A DNA stretch of 64,000 nt from Raja brachyura (taxonomy: Eukaryota): the NCBI GenBank assembly GCA_963514005.1, contig OY740800.1, forward strand, positions 41,540,001 through 41,604,000, in the 5' to 3' direction. Numbering within the stretch: position 1 is the first letter of the stretch; each line of letters starts with the position of its first letter. The position numbers and the translations under genes were made by a program. Of this stretch, positions 1 to 11,855 are shown piece after piece. The notes beneath the pieces were generated by a model. It saw only the letters and a program-made list of their open reading frames with translations, was not told where the DNA came from and ran no database searches.

Positions 1-320
1 ATGCATGTGCTTATATAAAAGCTTCTTAAATACCACTATGGTATTTGTTTTCACCTCCACCTCAGCAGTAAGTTCCAGGCACTCACCACCCTCTGTGTAA
101 AAAACATGCCTTGTACATCTTCTTTAAAGTTTCCTCCCTCACCTTAAAGCCATGTCCTCTAGTATTTGACATTTCCACCCTGAAAAAAAAGATTCCGACT
201 GTCTAGCCTACCTATGTCTCTCCTAACTTTATAAACCTATCAGGTCTCTATTCATTGTTTGACACTCCAGACAAAAACTCAGGTTTGTCCAACCTCTCCT
301 TATATATAACACTCTCTAAT
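1..320 (-). mobile_element. CR1-type LINE 3' fragment (decayed)
   Basis: Reverse-oriented CR1 ORF2-end motifs (ttccaggcactcaccaccctctgtgtaaaaaa; ccttaaagccatgtcctctagt), similar to the younger CR1 copies in this window. Confidence 0.75.
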
Positions 321-656
321 TGTTGCATTGATAATTGCCACCTCATCATCTCCTTTCTCAAGAAAAATCTCATTGGATACAGCAAGTGATAATAAAGCAA
401 GAACCATGTCCAGCATACATGCCACAGTATATTGAGTGTCATCATATTTCACAAAATATCAGGAGAACCAGAGGATGTTTCTGTGGTGACTACATCAATT
501 GCCGGTAACACAATAGCAACGTTTTACTCCTAAGTGTTAAATGGTTTTCATTGTTCAACGCATAAACTTTGCCCACAGACTCTCTATATCTATTGAATCT
601 GAAGTCCTCAACAGAAGGCTCATGCTATCTCACGCTAGAAGAAAAGCAACAGAGGG

Positions 657-970
657 TAGTTTAGGTTAGAGATACAGTGCGGAAACATGCCGTTCGGCCC
701 ACCAAGTCCATGCTGACCAGCGATCCCCCGCATATTAACACTATCCACACACTAGGGACAATATACATTTATACCAAGCCAATTAACCTACAAACCAGTG
801 TGTCTTTGGAGTGTGGGAGGAAACTGAAGATATCAGAGAAAACCCACGCGGTCACAAGGAGAATGTGCAAACTCCATACAGACAGCACCCGTAGTCGGGA
901 TCGAACCCGGGTCTCTGGTGCTGAAAGCGCTGTAAGGCAGCAACTCTACCGCTGCGCCACCATACTGCCC
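657..970 (-). mobile_element. tRNA-derived SINE, HE1/V-SINE-like
   Basis: On the minus strand: A-box-like TGGCGCAGCGG, B-box GGGTTCGATCCC (897-908), V-domain-like core (ggtttc...ttcctcccacactccaaagac) and a CR1-like 3' tail. A second copy lies at ~18148-18460. Confidence 0.85.
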
Positions 971-1974
971 CGTGATTACAGAATTACAGAACATGGCAAT
1001 CAATACAGGAAGTTCAGGAAATTTATATTTCATTTAAATGATTGCATGGAAAGCAAAATAAAATCGGCATACGCGTGGGTTTATGAGAAAAATGTGAAAT
1101 GTAAAATAAATATTTTAGTTTCTCAGGAATAAGACTCCAGACATAATTCTGAGTGTACAGGATAGGCATGGTGTTGACCAGTATATACCTGTGAACACAC
1201 AACCTTCTTAACATGTAGGAGGAGTACAGTATCCAGAGTATGCATGATCTTATCAAGAAGCTGCTAACATTCACACTATTCAATACAATATTTGGTCACT
1301 ACAGAAAGCGACTCGACCAATTCTGATAGAATTTTAAGAATTCGAATTTGTAAAAGAACACCAAGTAAAAATGCAATTGTCTAGGAGATATATATATATT
1401 TTTAAATCCTAAATGAGCATGGCACAACTTTAAAATAAAAAGAGGAACAACCTCCCACCCAAAACATATTGATTTAAAAAAAATCATTTTGCAACCTTAG
1501 AGACTTTACTTGCCAGGAAGTAAATTCTATTTTCTCAGTGCAGGACTGAGATGTTTAAGGGATCTTAAACATCGAGTTTTAGTTACAGGTGTTTGTCAAA
1601 TCTCAAATGCACTTTACTTCTTAAAACCCTTCATACAAATGAACCTTTCAATTAATTAATGGGACACCCGATATTATTTATGTGGACAGGTTTTTACACA
1701 ATCACTTTTCCCAACTTCTAAGATGGAATTGGATTCCAAAATCTATTTTTAAGATTTGAAGCTTACATAAATATATTTTATCTATCTCCCTCATGAAAAT
1801 ATTATTAAAAGTTTAAATTCATTAGCAGACATAAATTACACCTTTAATTGAATGCAGATCAATGCCGTCACATTTCAGTTTGGTACATCGACAATAAAAT
1901 CTAACTTCATCCGCATGAGCTGAGATTTTAAACTAATTGCAAGTTCAAGGTTCATTTGTTCTGTACCTTTGTAT

Positions 1975-2102
1975 ATCTCTCGCTTCCGTCTCCCCTGACT
2001 CTCAGTCTGAAGACGGGTCTCGACCCGAAACGCCAGCTATTCCCTTCTCTCCAGGGATGCTGCCTGTCTTGCTGAATTACTCCAGCTTTTTGTGTCTATC
2101 TT
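1975..2102 (+). mobile_element. Short Penelope-derived repeat with hammerhead-like core
   Basis: CTGAAGA-c-GGGTC-tc-GACCC-GAAA-cgcc (2007-2034) followed by the family tail gatgctgcc...gctgaattactccagctttttgtgtct. Confidence 0.8.
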
Positions 2103-3156
2103 GACACATCACATGCTGCTGATAATAGTAAACTGCTCCTAAATTTGCAAAGCCCTAGCATGATAATGAGCAAGTTGGCATCTCTATAATAGTTTGCAAA
2201 TCAAAGCTGAGCCCTCAAATATGAATTAGGCTGCAGCTGTTGGTGTAACAGAGGCAGCATTGCCATTGTAATCTGATTAAACTATTTCTCAAAGTGATGA
2301 CTCAAAGTCAGAAATGTAACCCACGGTTTGTGATTATGAAATTAAATCGACTTGTTTTATTCAATCAGCTGTTGGTAGCAAGGCTTGGATTTATTGCCCA
2401 TTCCAAACAGACTCTTCCATGGCTACAGAAAATTGTGATAGAAAAAAGCTTTAAAAGCCGATGTAATAAAATGTGTCTTTAAGTTAACAAAAAAAGATGA
2501 TAGGTTATCAAAAAAAGGTGCACTGCAGAATATTCGTCATCCTGCTACACAATAAAATATACAAACTGAGGGTGAGAAATAGTCACTTTGAATTATAAAA
2601 GTGATCTATTTTATAACCTCACAGCTAAAATTAACTGCAGCCACAAATGTGTAACTTTGAGTTATTTTCCTTCACACATATTTTTACCATAATTATTACT
2701 CCGATGGTTTTGCTAACATTGACATATCTAACCAACCTCCACTTTAAAACAAAATAGCTAATCTATCATTTAGGAGGGTAAGCAGTACTATTAATTTAAC
2801 ACGTTTGATTTCAAATTAACCGCAATTTAAATTGATCAGGTTTCCATCTCCAGATAAAATAGTAACCTATCACATACTGTGCCCTCCATAATGTTTGGGA
2901 CAAAGACCCATCATTTATTTATTTGCCTCTGTACTCCACAATTTGAGATTTGTAATAGAAAATATCACATGTGGTTAAAGTGCACATTGTCAGATTTTAT
3001 TGAAGGCCATTTTTATACATTTTGGTTTCACCGTGTAGAAATTACAGCTGTGTTTATACATAGTCCCCCTATTTCAGGGCAACATAATCTTTGGGGCACA
3101 TGGATTCACAGGCGTTTGTAATTGCTCAGGTGCGTTTAATTGCCTCCTTAATGCAG

Positions 3157-3920
3157 TCTGTTTGGTTTTTCATCTTTTTTAAATTTTTAGTGCGTTTTAT
3201 AAGTTTGTGTAAATGTTCTCTGGTTTTTTTATGTGGAGGTCGGGGGGGGGGGGGGGTAAACTTACCTTGCCGGAGACGCAATGTTTCCGGGTCGCGGCTC
3301 CGGTCGCTTTGCGGCCTATCATCGATGGAGCTGCAGGCCTCCTTGGACTGAGCTTGGGCCCGACCGTGGGGCGCGGACTCAATATCGGAGCTGATCCCTT
3401 GCCTGGGATCGCTCCAACTGCGGCCTGCGGACTTNNNNNNNNNNNNNNNNNNNNNNNNNNNNNNNNNNNNNNNNNNNNNNNNNNNNNNNNNNNNNNNNNN
3501 NNNNNNNNNNNNNNNNNNNNNNNNNNNNNNNNNNNNNNNNNNNNNNNNNNNNNNNNNNNNNNNNNNNNNNNNNNGAACGCAGAGGCTCGACCAGCCCCGA
3601 CACGTGGTTCGATCACCCGGCGCGGGGGAGCTGGCATACAGGAGCTGGATCGCCCCGACGCGGGGGGCCCAAAACGCCACCGGCTAAGGGAGTGAAGATC
3701 GTCCCGTCAACGGAGAGCTCGAGACCCCCGACCACAGGAGAGCTAAGGGAAGAGATTGAACTTTTTTTTGCCTTCCATCACAGTGAGGAATGTGGAGTTT
3801 ATGTTAAAATGTGTTTTGTGTGTTCCGTAGCTTTTTATTTGTATGACTGGCTTGACAAATGAAATTCCTTGTATGTCGCAAAACATACTTGGCTAATAAA
3901 GTATTATTGTGATTGTGATT
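3157..3920 (+). mobile_element. GC-rich non-autonomous retroelement nested in the Tc1 5' region
   Basis: Interrupts the Tc1 sequence (atgcag|...|gtataagag) and ends in ctaataaa plus an (attgtg)n tail. Shares the motif ccttccaycacagtgargaatgt with the element at 58597-59376. Spans an N gap. Confidence 0.75.
3435..3574. other. Assembly gap (N run)
   Basis: 140 N bases. Confidence 1.
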
Positions 3921-3999
3921 GTATAAGAGAGCTCTCAGCACCTAGTCTTTCCTCCAGTCTTTCCATCACCTTTGGAAACTTTTATTGCTGTTATTCAAC

Positions 4000-5026
4000 A
4001 TGAGGACCAAAGTTGTGCCAATGAAAGCTAAAGAAGCCATTATGAGACTGAGAAACAAGAATAAAACTGTTAGAGACATCAGCTGAACCTTAGGCTTACC
4101 AAAATCAACTGTTTGGAACAGCATTAAGTAGAAAGAGAGCACTGGTGAGCTTACTAATCGCAAAGGGACTGGCTGGCCAAGGAAGACCTACACAGCTGAT
4201 GACAGAAGAATTCTCTCTATAATAAAGAAAAATCCCCAAACACCTGTCTGACAGATTAGAAACACTCTTCAGGAGTAAGATGTGAATTTGTCAATGACCA
4301 CTCTCCGCACAAGACTTCATGAACAGAAATACAGAGGCTACACTGCAATTTGCAAACCACTGGTTAGCCGCAAAAATAGGATGGCCGGGTTACAATTTGC
4401 CAAGAAGTACTTAGAAGAGCAATCACAGTTCTGGAAAAATCACGTGGACAGATGGGACGAAGATTAACTTATATCAGAGTGATGGCAAGAGCAAAGTATC
4501 GAGGAGAGAAGGAACTGCCCAAGATCCAAAGCATACCACTACATCTGTGAAACACGGTGGAGGGGGTGTTATGGCCTGGGCATGTATGGCTGGTGAAGGT
4601 ACTGGCTCACTTATCTTCATTGATGATACAACTGCTGATGGTCGTAGCATAATGAATTCTGAAGTGTATAGACACATCCTATCTGCTCAAGTTCAAACAA
4701 ATGCCTCAAAACTCATTGGCCGGCGGTTCATTCTACAGCAAGACAATGATCTGAAACTTACTGCTAAAGCAACAAAGGGGTTTTTCAAAGCTAAAAAATG
4801 GTCAATTCTTGAGTGGCCAAATCAATCACCCGATCTGAACCCAATTGAGCAAACCTTTTATATACTGAAGAGAAAACTTAAGGGAACTAGCCCCCAAAAC
4901 AAGCATAAGCTAAAGATGGCTGCAATACAGAGCATCATCAGAGAAGACACCCAGCAACTGGTGATGTCCATGAATCGCAGACTTCAAGCAGTCATTGCAT
5001 GCAAAGGATATGCAACAAAATATTAA
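4000..5026 (+). pseudogene. Tc1 DD34E transposase pseudogene
   Basis: ATG at 4000, GWPRKT (GRPR-like) linker, WTDGTKINL (D1), QQDND...34 aa...SPDLNPIE (D2-E), stop at 5024-5026. In-frame stops at 4084, 4129, 4249 and 4276, and a frameshift near 4441. Confidence 0.95.
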
Positions 5027-8000
5027 TCATGACTACTTTCATTTACATGACATTGGTGTCCCAAACATTATGATGCCCTGAAATGGGTGGGACTATGTAT
5101 AAACACTACTGTAATTTCTACAGGGTGAAACCAAAATGTATAAAAATGGGCTTTATTAAAATCTGACAATGTGCACTTTAACCACATGTGATTTTTTCTA
5201 TCACAAATCTCAAACTGTGGAGTACAGAGGCAAACAAATAAATGATGGGTCTTTGTCCCAAACATTATGGAGGTCACTGTAGGTGGTCTGAATTGTTTTA
5301 TTAAACTGCTGCAACATTTGTAGTAAAGATACTCCACAGAGCTGGGGGGTATCCTGTTAAGGAAATTTGACCCAGCACAATGAAGGAATTCTGATATAGG
5401 TCCAGGTCAGCATGGTGTGCAATTCTAAGGGAAAGATTTAACAAGGTCCTGCAACGTGTGTTGCAAAATTACACTATACAATAGTACAATTCATGTCATA
5501 TCTGATTCAGTTTTGGCCAATAAAGAAAATATGTTTTAAAATTAGTTTCATATTTCCCTGCATTGTTTGGGAAAACAACACTGCAGGTATATGCAAATAA
5601 TTCATTTTTTAAACATGCTTTCTTTATTAGACAGAACTGGTTAAGATGCAACTTGACTTGTAATATTGTATAATCTATTTTTAATCAATTATTGATCCTG
5701 AGTAGAAGGGATTAAGTGCTGTGCAGCAGGTAGACTCGTTGTTATGCATGATGTTCAGTTATGTTTTTGATTATCCATATAATTATTAAGGGCAATATTT
5801 CTTAGGGTTGAAGTTACTGGTTCAAGTGAAAATCAAGAACGTCTGGATTATTCTGCAGTATTATGTCTTGAAAGTTGAATATGTTAATAAATTGTAACTC
5901 CATCAAAAAATAATAGTTGAAACTAAAATTACATGTTAATTTTATGGATCTTTAGTAAAATACAGAGGTGATTTACTTTGTGAGAATTAAGTATTTGAAG
6001 GAGTTTGGGTGATATCTTAAACAAAACGTTTTGAACACAGGCTGATCATGAAATTCAACTGAATGCTTTTGGTAAATGGTGCCCGCTATCAGGAACATGG
6101 ACTAACTGTCCCACGATTTTCTCTGCAATAAAATGAAAGAACTGAAATTCGACAAATTACATAAATTTCTTATGAGAAATATAGACTGAAAGAAAATTAT
6201 TATTGTTATAGCTCCATAAGTTCCTTGCTATAATTCATGAGGCATAAAAGCTGGTTGGAAGGTTGTAGTTTTGCATTTGTTTTGCAAAACCTATTTTTTA
6301 CATTGTGATCCTCCGGAAATGCAGGTCGCAATGGCAAGGCGCAGGGGCATGCACTTATGACTGGACTATTGCATGCATTGGGTTATCCACCTCACTGTTG
6401 AATATGAGCACGAATAATATGGCTGATAAAATTGGTCTTACTAGGAGTATCATCCTATCTCAAGTATTGTTCAGCTCATATATCAAACAAAAAACAGGTC
6501 TGATTTGAAACAAGCAACATCTTGGAGGTTGGAAAAGGTTGGAGACGGAAAACTCGAGAACCTAAAACAATGCGATAAGAAAACAATAGAACCACAAGTC
6601 TGTAGTGTGCTCATAAACCCTCTTGCATCACACAGGGTCTTGTTTAAACATTTACAGAATTCAGAAGAGTACTTTAATGTGAAGCCATAGAAAAAGCTGA
6701 AAGCTAGCTGTAAGTTTGGAACACAAAGACAGAAGGATGCAAGCCAATTAGTGATTATATTATATCATATATATTAAGATTTTACTGCACTGTATCTTTG
6801 GCACTTTTTTAATCACGATAACACTGTAATAAACAGATAGATGAACAGATTCTATCAAATATTTGCCGAATGCCTGAAATTCACATTTGCAAGTATAATT
6901 GCTGCTTAAATGGAAATGACATCCAAGCATGCTGGAAGATTTCACCCAGCACAAGCAGGTGATGTGGTTGTGGTAACCGGTCAGAAAGCCAAAGCAAAGG
7001 TCAGATCATCAAAGCCAAGTCTGAGGCATACTGATCAGACCACTCGGACAATTGCTATTGAACCCATGGCTACTAATTACCTCAATTTCATCAAATAGCT
7101 GATAGATTCAGTTCTCAAAAGAATGGCTTTATTTCAACAGCCTGCAAAATCCAAGGCTAAGATAAGTAACAAAAGTAATTACATGGGAATTTGAAATGCC
7201 ACAGCAGAAAGGAAAACTTTATACTTCAAAATAAACATACAGACAATTAGAAACTTAGATTGTAATTGTATCAATGCCATGAGCAAACAAGTTTCTAATG
7301 CACTGACAAGTGAATTGATGCTGCTACAAGCTCTTTTATTATGAATAAAGGCACTTACTTCAATAAGTTCAACGAAAATCAGTGTTACACTGTAAACCTA
7401 CACCGGTAATGTTCATTGACGTTGGGATAAACAGTGCAGAGAGCAATTTCATGTCGAGAGTGAAGCTAATTATGTTTACAGCAAACATGCAAATATGAAA
7501 CGTTAATTTTGTTTCATGTGCCTCAGATGGTGACTGTCCAATGGTTACATTCTTATAAACATTTCACAAGGTCTAGAAATAAGAGTTTGGAACAGATAGG
7601 AGCAACTGGTCGCAGGCACAGTCACACAATTTATTATATATTTCAATATGCAATGGTTAATATGTCAAAAAGACTACCGTCTATGAGTGCTGTTTAAGTA
7701 CTGGGCAATTTTCTGGGTTTGCCCCAGAGCCTCTGGTGATATATGGAAATTACTGGGGCTCTGGTTACTGAAGGCTGAACACCATGTTACTGAGTGGCCC
7801 CACTGTGTTAAGAAGGCATTAGCAACTCCAGTGAAAGGAATTGCCTGCAGTCTGATAGTTGCATTGACATGAAGCAGAGGCTTACATCTCCAAACATCAG
7901 GGAAATGTAATTATCATTATTACTTTGCACACAGCTAATGATAAGTATTTCCTTAAATGCAAAGTTTTCACTTGTCTCAGGGATATCCAAATCCAAAGGT

Positions 8001-8081
8001 TCACAAGTGTGGTTATTTGGACCAATTCTACAATCATACATCAACATTTGCTGAATCGCCCAGAACAGTGTATGCAAACAT

Positions 8082-8100
8082 TGCCCACCAGAGGGCAATA
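8082..8100 (+). promoter_or_regulatory. Candidate CTCF binding site
   Basis: tgcccaccagagggcaata closely matches the CTCF core CCACCAGRGGGCR. Motif match only. Confidence 0.45.
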
Positions 8101-8952
8101 TTCACCACTCTGAACTGCACACAAATGCCACAAAATACTTATGAGGCTTGCAATGAAGAAAGAGATATCTGGTAAGCTTCAACATCGTTCAGCTATTAAA
8201 GCTGTGTCTTTCCTACCTCAGTTTAAACTTTCTATATCTAAATTATCAATGTTTTCTTTTGGTCATTTGTAGATTTCCATGAAGTACTGAGATATGTGTT
8301 CATTTCTAACCCTTTCAGGGCTAAATATTTAACATCTGGATCTCTATTACCACGAGTTGAGAACAACAGCACTTGATGGGGGAGCACAGTTACATTAGGG
8401 GCTCCATCGCATGGCACTAGCAATTACAGCACAAAGCAAAAACATTAATTACAATGCAGAGAGCATCTGGCTTCAATAAAACCATCATCAAAATCTGATG
8501 CGGTGGATCTTTTTGACTTAGCAAAGATAACCAATTTATCTTGGTAATGCATAAAATTAAAAATAGAATTCCAGTAATTATTTAAATCTGTAACAGGTTT
8601 GATCATAATTTAAGTGACTTATTTTCAGTTTTTAGCATATTTGATATGTCTCTGATAAGATTGTTTTATGTCGGCATGGAATCTAGAACTATTCTTTTCA
8701 CTGTGATTCTGCTTCTTTATCAAAACAGTCAACATCCAGAATTTGTAATAAAACGTAAGAAGACTTCAAAGTGCAAAGGGTTAGTTCACTAAGCGATTCA
8801 GATATGGAAGAGCACGGGTTCTCTATCTTGTAACACAACTTCACCAATTCATAGTTTCACTCATGTAGCAAGCTGAAAGGCATTCCTCAATACATTACCA
8901 ATTTCTGTAGTGATAACTTATTTTCATACATGATGTAGATTTTGCAAAAGCC

Positions 8953-9238
8953 GAAGGATGTGCTGGCATTGGAGAGGGTCCAGAAGAGGTTGGCATTGGA
9001 GAGGGTCCAGAAGAGGTTTACCCAAATCCCGGGGATATTTGGGTTAACATATGATGAGCATTTGACACACTGGGCCTGTACTTGATGGAGTTTAACAGGA
9101 TGAGAGGGACCCTCATTGAAACTTACCGAATAGTGAAAGGCCTGGATAGAGTGGATGTGGAAAGGATGTTCCCACTAGTGGGAGAGTCTAGGATCAGAGG
9201 CCATAGCCTCAGAATAAACATACGTACCTTTAGAAAGG
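8953..9238 (+). mobile_element. CR1 LINE ORF2 fragment
   Basis: Translates to CR1 ORF2 C-terminal motifs (EFNRMRGTLIETYRIVKGLDRVDVERMFPLVGESRIRGHSLRI). Contains a 27-bp tandem duplication (8964-8990/8991-9017). Confidence 0.9.
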
Positions 9239-9332
9239 TACTAAGTTTCCAAAACTTGAATATTGTTACAGTTTATTGTATATTTAATAATCCCAGGGAC
9301 TCTTTTCCCAACCGTGTCTAAGCGTCGAAAGG

Positions 9333-9510
9333 CACAAACCGCTGGAGTAAATCAACGGGACAGGCAGCATCTCTGGAGAGAAGGAATGGGTGACATTTCA
9401 GGTCGAGACCCTTCTTCAGACTGAAAGTTAGGGGAGAGGGTGACTCAGTGATAAGGAAGGGGAAGGTGTCAAACGGGACATCAAAAGAGATGATCAAGGA
9501 AAATGTAGAA
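9333..9510 (-). mobile_element. Penelope-derived repeat (hammerhead-core family)
   Basis: The reverse complement reads cagtCTGAAGAagggtctcgacctGAAAtgtcaccc plus the family tail. Confidence 0.8.
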
Positions 9511-11370
9511 TATGGAGACATAGGCAAGTACCGAGAAAACAAACATGGCTGTGGTAGCAAGTCTGGGTTAAAACATGGTCGTAGAGTTGGAAGCAGGAGA
9601 AATCTGCACTTCCCTTCTGAAACAGCATCTAAGTGTTGATCAGTTACATCAGAAAAGAACCCCAACATCTCATTCTATGCTGTTGCTGCTTTGAATTACA
9701 TTACTTTGCCATATTCCCACTTTATATAATAGTAAAAGTCTGCATTAATCTTGATCCCATCATTTGCATTTTGCATAAGATTATCCCTCAGATACTTCCC
9801 TTTCAGTCCCTAGCGTTTTTGGATAATTCAGAGGAACCCTCGTCGTTTGTTTGCACGACTCTCAGCACCTAAATGTTTGCTTTATTCATCACTTTATTGG
9901 TTTTGTTGATTGATACTAGATATTGTTTTGACATATCGGGTGTGGAATCATCTAAGGCATTCCGATCCCTTTCAACACAATTTATGATGAATTGCCTTAC
10001 ATTAAACTTACCTGCACTGCATTTCTATAATTTGCTTGGGCACTCCTACATCTTAAATGCAGCCTGCAATCAGGGTACTTCATCCTTCAAAATAATTGCT
10101 TTGTGTAACATAATCAGTAACTCTGAATGTTTTATAATGTATTTCTTAATCCAAGCCACTGATGAAAATTAGAAACAATTGGAGCCCCGATAGTGAGCCC
10201 TGGAGCATTTCCATTCAATCACCCACTGCAAACATCTGCACCACCTGCCCCCTCCCCCTCTCCAGATGTTTCAACTCAGCGTTCCTTTGAAACGTACCAA
10301 AATAACAGCATAAACACTGCGTTTAGACAACATTAAATATAACAAGTCAAGTACAATTGTGTGTCATTTATCATTTTCATGCGGGCCCAGATTACCTTGA
10401 ACTTTTATGTTGATTCATTGAAACTTCCATCACAACTCTCTGCTGCCACTGACATGATTCAACTTTCATGTAATTCCCGTATTTCCTCATCTGGTTGCAA
10501 ATTTATTCCCAAATTTATAGCCGGTCTCTGTTGCAATTTTTAGGTAACGGTTCCATTGTTTTCACCTTACAACGACTGACACCATTTCTGAGTGCATTTT
10601 ATGATATAAAAGTATTGCTTTAAAAGTTTTCAAGTTTCAATGATAAATAAAACTAGTTTACAAAAAAGCTTGAAATTATCCTGCATCTGCGATCACAATA
10701 GATGCACGTTTTGGAGGTTATAAAAATAAATTATATTCATGGAAGATTGTTTTTTGATTAAAAAACAATCAAGCTTTTATAACATTACTTGGTTGGCAGC
10801 TTGTAACATATGGAGTGAGATGGATAATGAAATTCATGTGCTTATGTGCTTGCATTTATCATAGATCACCTGAGAATCTTAAAGACTGCCATTATAAGTC
10901 AAGGCTCCAATTTATACAAGATTCAGACGCTCATGTATACACAGTGAGCATTAATTTTCTTATTATGTCAGAATCTTGCTTTGGGAAACTATTGTTTACA
11001 AACTGCTCCTGTTGTTTCCTTACTTCAACAACAGAATTTTAAACTTTTTTTTAATATTTAGAAAAAGACAAGTCCTTGGTAGTACAATTATGGTCCACAG
11101 AGTTCCGAGTATGGCAAGTGGTTTCAGATACAATAGTTTTCCCCAATCTGAGAAATCGCATGCGATGGTGTGAAGATAACATTGCGATACAATGTACTCA
11201 ACACTAAATCATTCCTGTGGGTAAATCGCCCAACACCTGACATATATCAATACAGCTGCACAAACTCAAGAACTCTGTGAAACCGACAGCCCCTATGAAG
11301 CTACGTGATGGAAAAGGAAAAAGACAATGGGAGGCACAAAGATCCCCCCAACCAATGCAAGTGCAAGAAG

Positions 11371-11549
11371 TGTAGGAAGGAACTACAGATGCTAGTTTAC
11401 ACCGAAGATGGACACAAAATGCTGGAGTAAATCAACGACTCAGACTGCCTGTCTGATGAAAGGGTCTCGACTGGAAACATCACACATTCCTTCTATCCAG
11501 AGATGCTGCCCGTCCCACTGAGTTACTCCAGAAGTTTGTGTCTATCTTC
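11371..11549. mobile_element. Fold-back copy of the Penelope-derived repeat
   Basis: Inverted arms gaagatggacacaaaatgctggagtaa / ttactccagaagtttgtgtctatcttc surround a ctgatgaaagggtctcgactggaaac core. Confidence 0.8.
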
Positions 11550-11609
11550 ATTGCAAGTGCAAAACTGTTTCTAATAAATGGCTCACTGGTGGTCCAGTTA
11601 ATAAGCATT

Positions 11610-11855
11610 GAAACATAGAAACATTGAAATTAGGTGCAGGAGTAGGCCATTCGGTCCTTCGAGCCTGCACCGCCATTCAATATGATCATGGCTAATCATC
11701 CAACTCAGTATCCCGTACCTGCCTTCTCTCCATACCCTCTGATCCCCTTAGCCACAAGGGCCACATCTAACTCCCTCTTAAATATAGCCAATGAACTGGC
11801 CTCAACTACCCTCTGTGGCAGAGAGTTCCAGAGACCCACCACTCTCTGTGTGAAA
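11610..11855 (-). mobile_element. CR1 LINE 3' end (young subfamily)
   Basis: (catagaaa)n tail. Nearly identical by eye to 28136-28380. Confidence 0.92.

Larger units (their letters stand above)
2877..5279 (+). mobile_element. Tc1/mariner DNA transposon, IR/DR type, full length, inactive
   Basis: ~223-bp terminal inverted repeats (2877-3100 / 5056-5279), each with inner and outer direct repeats (cataatgtttgggaca-like). TA target duplication at 2875-2876 and 5280-5281. Internal transposase pseudogene. Confidence 0.97.

Noticed and set aside
657-970. tRNA gene (A/B boxes)
   Set aside because: No complete cloverleaf is evident, and the boxes continue into a SINE core and tail, with a second copy at 18148-18460.
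3126-3695. Long ORFs (146-184 aa)
   Set aside because: Artefacts of reading through an N gap in a GC-rich repeat. The same applies to 45412-45966.
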